A stretch of 63,417 nt of DNA, counting the filler, from Basidioascus undulatus (Eukaryota), in NCBI GenBank assembly GCA_000826855.1. It is 10 parts of 10 records of this genome, joined end to end, with 100 filler letters (N's around TTAATTAATTAA, not from the genome) between each part and the next. Parts side by side here need not be neighbours in the genome. Positions count along the whole stretch, not along the records: positions 1 to 22,729 come from JTLS01000290.1; 9 more parts are not named here. One strand, given 5' to 3'. The translations under genes and the position numbers were made by a program. Below, piece by piece: positions 1 to 13,498 of the stretch (positions are counted from its first letter, which is position 1; every line of letters starts with the position of its first letter). The notes below the pieces were generated by a model that did no database searches, was not told the DNA's origin, and saw only the letters and a program-made list of their open reading frames with translations.

Positions 1-111
1 AGCCCAGCTGACCTGTTGCCTGAGAGTCCACAGATTTCGCTTTCCCTCCTCCGCCTTCTCCCATCTCTCTCCCATCTCCGGCTCCCCAACTGACCTGGCT
101 CGCTGCCGCAG

Positions 112-709
112 TATCACTGACCTCCGCCACACCATCCCGCTCTGCATCGCCCTGCACCGCGCGCTCCTCCGCCAGGGCGCCTACCTAATTGACAACCGCG
201 CGATCCGCAACTTCTCGACCTTCCGCCTCGCCATCATCCGCGAGGGCCCGGACCTTGCGCTCTTCGCGCACCCCGCGCCCCTTTCCCGCCTCGCGGCGTG
301 GCTCGTCGAGGCGCTCCGCGACCGGATTCTGGGGAAGCGGTTTTTGGACGGCCAGGATGCAGGGGCGAGGAGGGCGATGCGGGAACTGCCGTTTGTTGTG
401 GCGTGTCTGGATGAGAGGACAAGCACGTACGTCGTGGCGGGCGTCACGGGGTCGGCACTGTTTGGGGACGTACGGAAAAAGTGGGCGGCTTTCTGGTTTT
501 TGCCCTGGGGAGCGTGGAGGAGATGCTGATGGAGGGGTTGCCGGGGGGGCAGCAAACTCGGCATCGCCTTCCACGAGGCCGCGGAGGCGACGCGCAGCCG
601 CACGCGACACGACCGCTTCGACGCGTCCATCGTCGAGGTTCATGCCGACGACCTGATGACGTTCGTCGAGGGCGTGCAGGACGGGCTGGCGGTGTCGCAG
701 AGGAGGTGA
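112..709 (+). CDS. CDC45: CDC45 replication initiation factor, last two exons (5' part outside window)
   Basis: Exons 112-480 and 553-709 splice to ...IALHRALLRQGAYLIDNRAIRNFSTFRLAIIREGPDLALFAHPAPLSRLAAWLVEALRD...LPFVVACLDE...GDVRKNKLGIAFHEAAEATRSRTRHDRFDASIVEVHADDL..., the typical fungal Cdc45 C-terminus; TGA at 707-709. Confidence 0.93.
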
Positions 710-1262
710 TGGGCATTTTGGACGGGGTGTGGCTTCAGATGGTGGATGGTTTCGGTTTTCTTATACTGTGCCTGCTACTTTGTTTCGTTCGTCTTCCTTT
801 TTTTTTCTTAGCTGCATTGCATACTCTACAAGCCGGAAGGGGTGCACGTGCAGATGCAGGGGCCGATGTCTCCTCATTGAAAGATCGCTCGAAGTCGGTC
901 AGTCGGACGCTTTCACCCGTCCTTCTTCATCGATAATCTGTTCAGCATGACTCCTTGCCCTTCTGTTCACAACGGATACAACATCCAGTCCCAGTTCTGG
1001 CAGGAGTGAATGCGCAGCGCAGAGCAAGATGCGCGCAGTTCCGTTCGCAGAGGGACGCATGCGGCACAGGCACGCAGAAACGCAGAACAGCAATCCTGCG
1101 ACGCCCGACCAATTGTGGGAGAAAGGTATCAATGAAGCACGCCTACACAGAACTCAAAAGCCCCTTCACGTCCATCCTCAGCCAGCCAGCTTCACCATGA
1201 AGTACACGAGCGCAAGCTCGTTCGCAGACGGCGCCGAGCCCCGCGAGCGCTCCACGACCTCA

Positions 1263-2389
1263 TCAGTCCCCTCCCACACCAGCCCGTCCGTATCCAGCTC
1301 GCCAACCTCCTTCAGCCCTTAAGAGCCAGCGTTCTACCTTCTCAGTCGAAGAGGCGGGGAGCTCGCCCTCTCCGGACGCGGCTTCGTCGGCGGCGCCTCG
1401 CTCCGGCTCGGGAATGCTAGCTGACAGCCTGCGCTTCTTCGGCGAGGGAGGAGAGGCGTGTGAAAGATGGTGCGGCTGCCTGGGTGGAGAGATTAAATCG
1501 GAGGGTCGGTCTGAAGGAGACGCGACGGTGAAGCACGGGTAGGAGCCCCAAGGGCCGATAGTGCAGGGAGGATCGGGGGCGCAGGTGTGGGGTGGGGAAC
1601 GGCTGGATGTAGGATGAGGAGCTGGCGGCGGCGGCTGGCGATCCGGGCGGACAGGCAGGTCTGGGTCCTCCGGCCGCGCGATCGAGCGCCAAATCAGCGG
1701 GTCGGCGAGGTAGAGCTTGCGGAGGTACGTTCCGAGCGCGAGGGCGCGCTGCTGCCTGGGCATGTGGCATAGCGCACCCAGCCTGGCTGTGAGCCACCAC
1801 ACGCAGATCGGGATGGACGCGGCGAGGCGGGCAGGCGGCAGCGATGGGTCGGTCGACGGGTCGACCTCGCCGTCCTTGATGAGGATCATGCGGGGCTGAG
1901 CTGCCGCGGGCTCGTCCCGGAAGAAGGTTCCGCGGCTGCATGACGCGAAGTCGAAGTCGAACTCGTTCGTCTGCAGCGATATCGATACAGGAGAAGACCA
2001 AGCGTGCGTAAACACGAAGAGACGGGCGAGAGCCAGAGGGAGAGGACTTGACAGTGTTTCGTCGTAGACATACTCTTTTGGCCCAGGATCAGGAACCCCT
2101 CCAGCCACCACCATCTCCCTTCCAGCGAGTTCCTTCTCCTTGCCCACGATGTTCGAGATGAGCGCCCTTATGGACGGATACAACGTCCACAGGCCTTCGT
2201 AGAAGAGCGTCTCCCATGCATTCTCTACTGCATGAGCGTGGCGACGCATCAGCCTGCGCTTTGTCTCACGCTTTGAAGTGCGGTTGGGGGGTTCGAAGAG
2301 GAAGGTACTGCGCGCACGGTACGATATTGAGCGGGTGCTCCTCTTCCAATTTCTGCGGGACGAGCTTGTGACGCTTGATGTTCTTTAGC
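1263..2389 (-). CDS. Hypothetical protein (multi-exon; ends uncertain, possible frameshift near 1320)
   Basis: 328-aa ORF with coding-like composition (WETLFYEGLWTLYPSIRALISNIVGK...); upstream GT-AG exon candidates at 2325-2389; family not recognised. Confidence 0.45.
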
Positions 2390-2762
2390 TATTAGCCATG
2401 GACGCGTCAGCTGTCGCTTGGGAGCCTCATCTTGGTATAGTCCAGGAACCTCACAATCAATCGGCCGAGAGGATCCACGAAACCAGGCGTGCCCACTCGA
2501 TCACGGGAGACCCCTCATTTCTTTATATAATAGCTACCGTCAGAGTAAGAGCTGTCGTATGAGCGGCTGTTTTGATGGTGAAGGAGAGATGGGTGAGGAG
2601 AACGCGTTGCTTTCAGGCGCGTCTTCACGCCCCGCGTCCAGGCATCGTGTCACAGCCAAATAACTAGCAGAGTGCACCTCGCCCCTAACCGATTGGTCAA
2701 GCCACGGATTAGAAGCATCGTAACCCCATAAGAGGTATGCAAGCCCGTCCAATTCATTGCAT

Positions 2763-4158
2763 CTAGCTGACCAGCTCCGTCCGCACCTCACCCGTATCGA
2801 AATCCCGCTCGATCTCGTACTCCTCCCCTGCCTCCGTTTCCAGCGGGCCCAGATTGAGCCGCAGCAGCTTGGGCGTAACCTCCCCGAACATCTTGACCAG
2901 CGCGTGCCGGCGCTCCCGCGCGGTGGCGACCCACGATGCGAAGGCTGCCTCGAAGACTGCACGCTTCGGCTCGAGCGTAGCGGCTGTGGTCGGCCATGCG
3001 TCGAGCGCGCGCGCTTCCCAGTCGATTGGAAGTGAAAGGCGGTAGAGGGTGGGGAAGATGGAGACGGCGGCGGCGAAGTCATCCTAAGGAGGATACCATC
3101 TGTCAGTATCGCGTTACGAACGAAGGGTGAGAGGCAACAGGAACGATGCACGCACATCAAACGATCCATCATGACCCAAGAAAGGCTGTTTAATCTCGTT
3201 CGAGACCAGCGCGAGCTCTTGCAGCTTCGGAAACGCACCGGCGAGGAACTCGAACAGCTCGGGCGAGACGACCCCGCTGTCGAGTCGCAAGCCGAGGTGC
3301 GTGAGCGGCAGCCTCTCGAGATCGCGCACGAGGGACTGGATCATCCGGCTCTTCACAAGCAGTCCCTGCTGCTCCTCGTCCTCTTCCGCGACGGGGTACG
3401 GCTGCTGATACGACAGCGTGCGCAGTCCGGGGCAGTGCGTGCGCACGAACGCACCGAGCACAGCGGTGAACCCGACTTCCGCGCCGGTGACCACCAGTGT
3501 GCGGAGATGCGGGAGGGCGTTCGGCGGGCCGGGGAGCGTCAGCGCCTCAGCGGCGCGGACGCCGACGTCGACCGTCTCGAGGTATCGAAGCCCCGGCGCG
3601 TCGCGGAGGAGCTTGTGCAAGTCCTCTGCGCTTCCGGGCGGGGAGGACCAGAGGAGCGAGCGGAGCGCGGGGAGGGACCGCTTCGAGATCCGCCAGATGA
3701 TGGATTGCGGGGCGGAGCGCGTGAAGTGCAGGGTGGTGAGCTGCGGTGCGAAGAGCGCGAAGAAGTGCTCCAGGAGCTTGGGGCGGAAGCGGTCCGTCGT
3801 GAGTCGGAGGGAGGTGATATTGGGCAGGGAGGAGAGGAGGTCGAAGTAAGCTGAGGGGAGGACCGAGGGATCTCGTCGGCGCGTGTCGGTGATTTCTCTA
3901 TGGGCGGGTTCAGCCTCGCGAATCGGGCAGGGAAGACCTGCAGACGCACCGGACGTGAGCGGCGATCTCAGGCTGCTCCTTCACTGCTTGGAGAAGCGAC
4001 CCGTAAAGACTCTGAGAGCGGAACAAGAGCGGAAACGCAGCCGCCCGCGTCCGCCGGTCGACGGATGAGAGCGCGACGAGCTCCCCAAAGTCGCGCGGGT
4101 CGGTCGAGAGCGCGAGCGCGAGATCGATGAGCGTTTCGAAGGGGAGATCCGAGTACAT
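2763..4158 (-). CDS. F-box-like / leucine-rich-repeat-like protein (3 exons, intact)
   Basis: MYSDLPFETLIDLALAL...LVALSSVDRRTRAAAFPLLFRS (F-box-like) followed by LPNITSLRL, LPHLRTLVV, CPGLRTLSY, FPKLQELAL repeats; introns splice in frame; TAG at 2763-2765. Confidence 0.7.
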
Positions 4159-5808
4159 CGACTCCAAAGTGTTAGTTTCGCCCTCGATTGGTAGGTTTGG
4201 CGGGGCGTTAGAGTGAGCAGGCGAGCCGGGCAAGGCGGGGAGGTGAGGGTGAAGGGAGAGAGCGATGAGGCGTTGACACTCGCGAGGAAGACACCCAGGA
4301 TATTTTGTGCTTGATCAGCAAGACGTGTTCCAGTGTGGACTGCCACCTTCGGATTGAGGAGACTGCTTCCTAGGATTATGATCAGAAGCGCAATTGTGCT
4401 GTAGAAGTGTTTAAGTGAAACTAGTAGAGACCGCATGAGCGCGGGTGGGCCCCCTCAGTGGCGATGAACATTTGCAAAGCGTACATCAGGTTTCCGACCG
4501 CCCAGGGGAGGAGGATTATGTTACTCTTTATAACATTTCTGAAGATTGTATAAGGAAATTCAGTTCCAGTTGGACGAAATGACTGCATATGTACAAGCAG
4601 GCTCACTGTGGCCGTGGAAAGTCCGTCGAGCAATCCGACGTTCACTCGCCAATATGCCGACTGCAAACATCTAAATCAACTCCTCTAGTCCTTAACCTTC
4701 CAAGTTTTATATTTTACTTTTTTTTCCTTTTGCACTGGTGGTCCTGGATTAGCAGAGGACCCCGAACCTATCGAGGGGCCAAATTAGGTAAGCGGAGTTG
4801 TGTCGTGTTAGAGCACTTCCAGGCAGTGTCTACCCATCTCATGTCATTCGAATGTTTCCTGAAATCTGTTCTGGGAATTTTTCCCAGATGATTTTCACTA
4901 CGCCCGGTACCCTGTCGGTTGGAATGGCGTGTTATGGTGCATAGTGGGACCCTGCAAGTTTGATCACTACGCTAGAAAGACGGATTGCTAATAAGTCTTT
5001 TTCTCCAGTAAACACAGCGCCGTAATCGCCGGCGCAAATGGTGATCTTCGCAAAGTATCAACGTCGGCACACCTTGCGCCTTGTCTTCAGCTTCACCGCT
5101 CAACTGCGCAAATATCATCGCGGGTGCTAGGATAGATTGAATTCAGGCCCATAATGTTCTGTAATGACGGCCGTACTTCCCGGGCCTGATGGCACTGGAG
5201 GGTGCCTTTGTCGAGGACAACAGGTAGTACCTCTTGTCCCATTACGTTTTCGTTCTTCTTCGCATAGCTCTCGTGCTTCCCCCGCCATGCCATCCACATA
5301 CAGTCGAAAACCGGTTTAGAGTCGGATGAAGTTCGTTTCCTATGAAGAGCCTTTCTATGTCATACACTAGAGAGGGTCGACAGAAAGGTTTCCTCTCCTA
5401 GGCGCGGGGGAAGGAGGGGACTCCAAAGCGGTTCTCGGAGCGAACGCCCCCCCCAGCCTGCCGTCACATTGTAGCAGACATACTTGCCTTCATTGCAATA
5501 AGGTTGAGTATACATGGAGGTGGACTGTGCCTGGGCTGCTGACCTGCTGGTAGGCACTTGATCCCGCAACTCCACGCGCACTCACTAGACCCAGCTTCGT
5601 CAATCCTCAAACTTTATGTCAATTCATAGACTTTCTGGAGCCTCCGTAGGCCACAGTCAAATATATTCTCGACACGTGCATGCTGTGCTCGGCCTCAGGA
5701 TGTCGACCTGTCACCGCCCGGTCCTTCTCCGTCAAGAATAGCTTTTTTCCCTTTCGTCTCTCACTCTCAACCCCCTTCCTCTCTTCACAACTAACAGGCT
5801 TTCAAATA

Positions 5809-7430
5809 ATGCAGCCCCTCCCCGCTTATCAGCCTCTGCCTCAGACCGACGACGAGGCTTCGATCGCGATCCTACCTTCGAACGGGAGCAAGGCTCAGTC
5901 AGCAGCCCTGTCGGTCGACTCGCCGTCCGGGCCTCCGCCTGCTTTCTCTTCGTATATCGCCGAGGCGACGTACGGCGCGAACGGAGAAGTACGCTCTTAC
6001 GATCCTCACCTCAACAACGATGTGCGTCCAGCATTCCTTCGTCTGATTCCCTTCCGACCATCCCGCACATCTGAAACGCCTTTCTGCAAGGGCGAGGCAC
6101 TGTATCGCTTCCTCCGTCACCATGGCGCCGTCACTCCGCAGTTGCGCGTCCGCATACTTGGAAGGCACAAGGAGTACCAACCGAAGAGCGACGGGTCGCG
6201 TCCCTCGACGGGCGGGATCAACCTCTCCGTTGGCGGCACGAGGATCTCGCTCGGAGCCAACGCGCCCGCACCAGCTACAGTGCGCGTGCGCGCTGACGAC
6301 GTCTAGAAGACCGTCACCGACTTCGACTTCTACATCGACTGCTCCGACATCGTCCTCGCCGCCGCTTCCGGAAACCGGTTCGACCCGGCCGCCGGCGCGG
6401 CTGTGCAGCGTGCGCAGCCCGCCGCTGCATCTTCCTCGTCCTCAGCAGCTATCAACTCCGACCCCCCATTCTACGTCGTTCCCGATGTCGTGCCAACCTA
6501 CAGGGGCACGACTCATCGCGAAGTTGTCGCTCCTGATGTCGGCGACCAGGAGGGCGCCACGCCTTTTAGTGAGGTGCAGCGCTTGAGCAAGGCGGAGACG
6601 AACTGGCGCGCGCAGGAGTGGTCAGGTCGGATGAAGCTGGGTCTGGAGCCGTGGACGATAGCGGGGTCGGATGAGGCCGGCAGGTTTTGGTGGGGAAGGT
6701 ATCCTACACGCTCCGCGACTGGGCGGATCGGTACTGCGAGAGCGACAAGCTTCTGAAGGAGTTCGAGGTGCGTGTACTTGAAATATTTCGACTCTTTCTT
6801 CTGCAGTTATCGGCTTACGCAGTTGTTTATGTCCCCCAGTTCAACAAGACTGTCTACGGCTGGGACTTGCAGAAGCTTGAAGAAAGTGCGAGCGGGCCGA
6901 CTTTCTCAGTTTCAGGCGAATATCGTGGATTGACAGCGTTTCTGAAACTCTACCGCCCGTGACCCGCAGCTATTCGCGGCGCCGTCCTCTCCACGGGCTA
7001 CCCGTACACCATCACTATCACCTTCCCGCTCAGCAACGCGCTCATCTCCGTCCGGCCCGCCTCTCGTCTCTCACGCACGCTCTCACACCCGGCCATCCGG
7101 GTCATCCTCGCGCTCACCATCCTCGGATGGATCGTCGAGTGGCTGTTCAGGCACTACCACCCGCGGGGCGGGGGGAAGTGGGCGGTGGGCGGCAGCGCAT
7201 GGGCGCTGAAGCGGGAGGTCGAGGTTGTTGGAGCTGCGGTGGAAGGGAAGGGACAGCCTGAGGACGGGATGAGGAGGGATGAAGAGGGACGGGTGTGGAA
7301 GGTGGCTGGTGTTGAGGTCGGGGAGTGGTGGAGGGCTTGGGAGGAGAGCGTGAAGCAGAGGGTGAGGGCGCAGTACAAGGGGGAGCTGAGGCGGTTTGGG
7401 GGAGCTGCGAGCGGGCTGCCTGGCTATTAG
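5809..7430 (+). pseudogene. Conserved-looking fungal hypothetical membrane protein with probable lesions
   Basis: Spliced product contains DPHLNND-GEALYRFL, TVTDFDFYID, LRDWADRYCESDKLLKEF.FNKTVYGWD and a hydrophobic segment VILALTILGWIVEWLF. There is an in-frame TAG at 6304-6306 and a frame switch near 6676-6690 that no plausible intron explains. Confidence 0.55.
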
Positions 7431-10400
7431 TTGAGTGATAGAGCGTCGAGCCCTGATTTCAAGTCGTGCATTGCATTCCCACCGATGTGCTTGACGTTTC
7501 CATGTTGACTGGATGTTGGGCGCCACCGAAGCGACGCGAGAAAGCTACATTACTGTGGCACGCAACGCCGTCAAGCTCATCTCAAGGGTGGTACGTTGAT
7601 TGCAATTTTCACTGCTTCGCGACCGGCCAGCGGCGGTGGAACATCGGAATGCGTTGCGTTGTACTGGGAAGAAATCCTCGCGACTGCGGCTTCACCCGCG
7701 CACTATCCACAGCCTAAGCCGCCTGAACTCCTATGTGCTTTGTTGGTAGATGTTTCAAATAGGAAGACTGTACGCTGCCACGTCTTAACACAAGACCTGA
7801 AAATGTGTGCAAGGGTTGTCTTAGCGTTTGGGAAGATTTTGGCTCTGCTGATGAAAGTCCTCGCACAACTGAGTTCTGGACTTCTTTCTAATATCTTGCG
7901 GGTTGGAGAATTTTGATTGATATTAAGGGGCCTTCGCTGTGGATACAGAAGATCGGCTTGGACTATTTCCCTGCGATTGCAAAGGGACAAAAGCAAAGGA
8001 CTGACGTAGGAGACTGCTGAGAAATGTGGAGCTTCTGTGGCTTGGGCTCTCACCTGTACAGCACCCAGCCGCATCAAAAGGAAGGTCTACCGAAGTATGT
8101 CGGAGGACAATAAAGTGAAGACTAAGCAGCCGCATATGGAGGTAGCTCGAAGCAGTGGAGATAGTGGAGATGGGGCACTTTTAAAGCCCGCGGGCTAAGT
8201 CCGGAGACGTTTCATCCGCATCGGCGGGCGTCACAAAAATGCGTGCCAAGCGATAGATGGCAAAACATGGACATATCCGGAACTGAACCGGAGACCTCCT
8301 CCAAGCCATTGATATGCTAAGAAGGCGTGATAAGCCACTACACCATATGCCCATTAAGAATGGACTTCACAATTCCCTACCACAAGCTCACGGAAGTCAA
8401 TAAAACAAGAGAAACGGTAGACATTTTGCCGGAAAGACTTTCAGAAACAGGAACATACGAGCTGCCAACGCCTTCTCTCAGTCCGGTCCGCCAGGATGCC
8501 GCCGCACTGCCAGCCGGTTGAAACAAAGGTTTTGGTCTCAAAGCAGCAAGGTGAACGTTAGAAGGAAATAAACTCCTGATTCAGGCCATGAAACTCAACA
8601 GAAAGAAGGAAGAGCCGGAATTTTTTCCAGAAAGCTCGTCTGGGTCAGGATTGGATAGCCATGGAAGACGATCTCAAAGCTCTCGGGGCAGGACCCTCAG
8701 AAACGCAATGTTGGAAGGCACGATATGTATAGCTGTTTCTATCCAACTGAGTACCACTGGGCTATGTGGCTAGTTTAACACACAAACGTGCCCCATTGAA
8801 CCTCGCTGGTGCTCCTCATACTGGAAACAGGACTGTGGGCCATGGATACCGTGATGCAGCGATCCACTGAATGCAGAGTTTGTAGAGACTTTGAACTCTT
8901 TGGCCGTTTGATCCAAGTCTAGAATCAAACTATTCAAGTGTTCCAGACATCAGATTTTACCGCATCTCGACAACGCCAAAACGGTCGAGGCCCGGGCGGA
9001 CCTACTGGTTTGAACAAACGCAGTTGCGATAGCCTCCCAAAATCATTTAGTCCTTAGTCCTCATTCTTTGATTGAAAAATAGAGGTTTGGACGAGTCCGT
9101 CACAGTCTAACATCCGCCGTGCGTAGTCGATCACTGGTCGGCAGGAACACTGATTGCTCGCCAGCAGCCGCCCGATGCTAGAATTTTCTGGATGTAGTTG
9201 CCTACGCGCAAGGTTGCATAATCAGTCTAGGGATGGAATACAGACTGAACATACTGTACTCACATATCCAAGGGGTGGGTGAAGGGACAAGCCTGAAGAT
9301 TGCACAACGGCGCGCTCCAAGACTTCTCACAGTTGTGCTTTTGAGCCGACGCCTTCTCTGGGGCCTACTCACCCCCCTCTGTAAGAGCGGCCGCAACCGA
9401 CGCGTTCACTCCACAGGGCGGATGGGAGTAGCTATGTGCATTCATGCCCGGCACCACACCACCACCGACATGGCAGAGATGATGCGAAGAAGGATGCTAC
9501 CGGACGGGTACGACGGTGCGGGGGTGAAACCGTCGACCTGCGAAATGTTCGCAGACTTGGCGTCGAACGGATGGCCCTTAGTGGAAGACTTCTACAAGGA
9601 GTCTCTGCGAGGACTTCACGACATCATGTCTCAGCAGCTGCATTCTCGACCGCGGCGCATGGTAGAGGAGACGAGAGTTGTCGAAGTCGTACCAGTTGTA
9701 CCTTATGAGCCATGCGGGCATGTGCCTCTCCATATCCTTGATGAACTCCTCCACAAGTGAGGTGGAATCGTACACCCTCTGTGGGTAGCCAAGTGGCATT
9801 GAAGGGCAAGATTTCCATGGGGAATGACTACGGGCCAGCTGTGCAAGCTTGTACTGGCGTGCGAAGGGTACTCCCTGTGTTCAGCCAACTTTCCCGGCAT
9901 TACCGATGCAGTGGTGGCCGGTGCATGAACGAAGCTAGGAACCATCGCCCGCACCCTGGCTACGTGTGAGCCATGGATAACCGAGAGGCTGAGGCTCCGC
10001 GGGGAGGTGGGGTTCTTCGAGTCGCTACCCCCAGATGTCGCTTCGAGGGCCATCGAGGAACCCCTGATGGTGTCCGATCTCGACTGGCCTGATGATGAAG
10101 TGCCTATGTCCCTATGGCTCACCTTCGGTATTCACAGAAGAGATAAAGTTTAATGTGTTTGTTTTCTTTCAGTACAATTAGATCCCAGCTATCTGGTCAG
10201 TGCCTTGAGCGTGAGCACACTGTTCGACGTCTCGCCGGGGCCCGTGAGGGAAGCGGAGGCTGGGATTGTTGGTGTGCAACCAAAATCCCAAGTCCGAAAA
10301 CCTTCTAAAAAGTTTCCTGTAAATTGTCCAGAAGGAGCTTTCGCATTCTAGTTTAACACATGGAATAACGTCGGGAGCGACGCAGGCCGGAGCCGCTGCG

Positions 10401-10473
10401 GAAATGACTCGCGTACTCCTTCTTCTCTTCCCTCCTCACCCTCAACCATTCTCTTCGATCCACCGCCATAATT

Positions 10474-11943
10474 ATGTCTCGCCAAGCGCTCAACCTCACG
10501 TCGCTGCCTTTCGAGGTCCACGAGCATATCGCCAGCTTCCTTCCCAAAGCGGACCTGCTCTCGCCCTCGATCGTCAACCGCGCTCTTCGCGCAGCGGCGT
10601 CGGCCGTGCTCTTCCGCTCGCGAGCCATCCAGCCAAGCCATCTCGCCGAATGTATCGACAGTACTCACGAGTCTCGCTCGTACGGCCCCGAGCTGCGGTA
10701 CACGTCAAGTGAGATGATTTCTGACTGTAGGCGTCCGAGCGCGGGACGTGGCGCTGAACCGTTGCGGAGGCTCTCTGAACAGGGAGCTGCACGTCGATTG
10801 CTGGGAGGCGACAACGAAACAGATCCCACACATCGACGTTCACGGTCTCTCCTCCCTCGTCATTACCGCTCCTTATCTCCCGTTCCCAGTCTGGGCCTCC
10901 GTCGCTTGCTTTCACTCCACCCTGCTCGACCTCTCCCTTACCCTGGTCTCTATTCTCCCTTCTCCAGCTTCTCATGCGTCCGAATCTCTTGATTTACCCC
11001 TTGTGAAAACGCTCAGCCAACTTCCCTTTCTCCAAAAGCTTACCATCATCTCCGTTCCTGTCCCCCTTAATCCGTCTCCCACCCTGCTACCTGCCCTTCG
11101 CTTCCTGTCCACATACAGTCACCCCTCTCCTTCCCCTCCTCGGTCGCTGCCCCAACCTCGTGATCTTCAACAACGACGCGACGGACATCGGTGCACTCGG
11201 GCTGGGCCTGTCCGAGGAGCAGCTCCGTCGTCTCGTCCGCATGCTTTCCGGCGGCGGCAAGCTCAAGGCGCTCAGCGTCATCGTCCCTGACGGTGCGGAC
11301 TTCAAGCTCCTCGACGTCATCGCGGACGCCTAGCCCGACCTTCAGGATCTGAAGTTCTGTGTGGAGGAGATGTGGCGGGTCGTCGGAGGGGATCTGGTGC
11401 GCCCAGGGAACATTTTTGCTTCGAAGCATTGAATCCTCACACACTACTTTGACCACTCAGTCTACCATCTGCGGTTCCCTCTCCCGCCTTTCCCGTCTCC
11501 GTTCCGTCAATCTCGCCTTCAACCTCCATACCGCCTCGTCTGACGAGCCGCCCGATGAACCCGATGAGCCTCAAGAGCCGCCGCCCTGGAAAGAGTACGA
11601 GGATCTGGACAGCTGGACCGAGCGTATCCGGGCGCTACGAGCATTCCGCAGTCCAGACGACCTCCGCGGCTGAGCCTGGCGCGAGCAGTTCTCAGTGGAC
11701 CTTGCGCAGACGTGCCCGCAGCTGGAGGTGGTTCAATTTCATGTCTGGTGGTACACGTTCATGATGGCCACGGTTCGGGAGATATGGCTTGTGCGGAGGC
11801 AGGTGTAACGGGGAGCGCTGCCGTGGGTGATTCTTGGGGGGGATATCGTGGATGGTGGGCTTGATCTGAGGGGAAGGTGGGAGGCGGAGCTGGAGTGGGT
11901 GGGGAAGAAGCCTTGGGACGAAGGAATGTCGTTTGCTTCATGA
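10474..11943 (+). pseudogene. F-box/LRR-like pseudogene (paralogue-like to 2763-4158)
   Basis: LTSLPFEVHEHIASFL...SIVNRALRAAASAVLFRS F-box-like start and LRR-like segments (LPFLQKLTI, CPNLVIF, CPQLEVV). Lesions: +1 frameshift in a C-run near 11122, and in-frame stops TAG 11331, TGA 11671, TAA 11806. Confidence 0.75.
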
Positions 11944-13498
11944 ACAGCCTGCACGCGGACTGTGAGGCACAGAAAATGGAAATACCGTGCTCCTGCCGTG
12001 AGTTTTAAGAGTTTCAGGCATTCCTTAATGCCTGTATCGCATCGGGAGCGGGGGTCGGTCGACTTTGCTGCATCTTGTATGTCGTCTGGGTTCGTGCATT
12101 GGCTTCCAGCCGTCGATGGAGGCCTTCAGGCAGTCTCAGGTTTAGAATTGCTTTGTGACATTGGTTTTGAATACGCCCGTTTGGCAAGTCAGGCTTGGGG
12201 TTGCATGTCACAGTCAGTCTTGGGGCTGCACGTAAGGCCCGTTTCAAGATGCCGTTGGCGACCACCATTCGTCGCGTCGGTCAGAATATGTAGTAATAAC
12301 CGCATACCCTGGGCATACTATACCAGACGGAATTTTCCTTAGGCTTGACGAAGACAGCGGTGCTTTATGATAAACGTATTCCGCTCCAGCGTAGCACGGG
12401 GCTACATGGCACGGGGCTGCATCGTGGAATGAAGCGCTTACCGCTTCTTGCCAAGACCAGCTGCGCATAGAATGTGCCAGTGAAACTGCGGGCTTCGAAT
12501 ACGAAGAATTTCGAAAGCAGCGGAGGAATGCTTAGATTCGGAGTTTTGTGGGGGAGCAGCCCCCGGCCCCAGGAGCGCTTTTTCGATCAGGTTAAAGTGT
12601 ACTCCTTCGAGTTCCACCTGCAGCCCTGCTCATCCCTTCCAGTGGCGCAAGGGAGCAGCTGGATGCATGGTCTTTGGCGCAGCCGTCGGCGGTCGTGCGG
12701 GCGTTCCACTGCGCGGCTAAGGATGCTCCTGATTCGAGTATGCCGACTGGACCGTCCAGTCTAGGCATGTTAGAGACCCAATGGCAATGGCTTAAGCGAA
12801 GGACAACCAAAATCAAAGCGAGCGAGTGCGCAGTTGCCAGCAAGCCAGCGAGGAGAAAGCCCTTCGACAGTACTGATGGGGAGCTCGCTAAATGTCATTA
12901 CCCGATACGCAACTCAACTCCTACAAGATCTTTTACCTCTCCAAGTAGCCAAGTCTGCGGAGGTAGCAGTCAGGCTGTGAGCGTCTTCTGCCGGCCAAGT
13001 CCTTCGCAGCGTACTCAGGATGGCGGCTGTTCGCTCGACAGACAAGCGCTTTCATGCATAACTCCATGTTGTAGCCGCATTTACACTTGGTTTTCTTTCC
13101 AGTCCAGTGTCGAATGCGTCGAAAGAAGCCAATGACATGCCGGCGACAGCCGGGGAGGTCGCGACCCAAACCTTTGCTTTCACCTCCTCTCTACGTTACG
13201 TGCCGAAGACCTGGATCACCCATATCCAAACCCTTCGCTCTTATTCCTCACGGACTCACCAATCATGTATCAACCCCACCACGACACACGACGTCCTCCT
13301 CGCCTTACTTGACGCTTTGCAACCCCCCGGACAAGTTGCACGTGAAAAGCCCTCGCCCCGCTCCCCTCGGCGATTCGCGGGGCCGAGCCGGTGTCCTGCG
13401 ATTCCGGCCGGGTGTCCGCGCATCTCCCCCTTCGCTCCATCCTCATCCTCGTCTTCCTCTCATCCTCGTCCCTCCCAACCACCAAAACACCGTCAACG

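Noticed and set aside
4300..5350. Hydrophobic protein-like fragments on the minus strand (IILLPWAVGNLMYALQMF)
   Set aside because: Too fragmentary to assign; may be an old pseudogene
7500..10150. Possible transposase or gene remnants (e.g. PAWLIRYNWYDFDNSRLLYH on the minus strand)
   Set aside because: No recognisable motif; needs a translated homology search
10709..10730. Apparent 22-nt intron GTGAGA...CTGAC.GTAG
   Set aside because: Longer introns (donors at 10680 or 10698 to acceptor 10782) restore the frame more plausibly, and the gene is a pseudogene anyway
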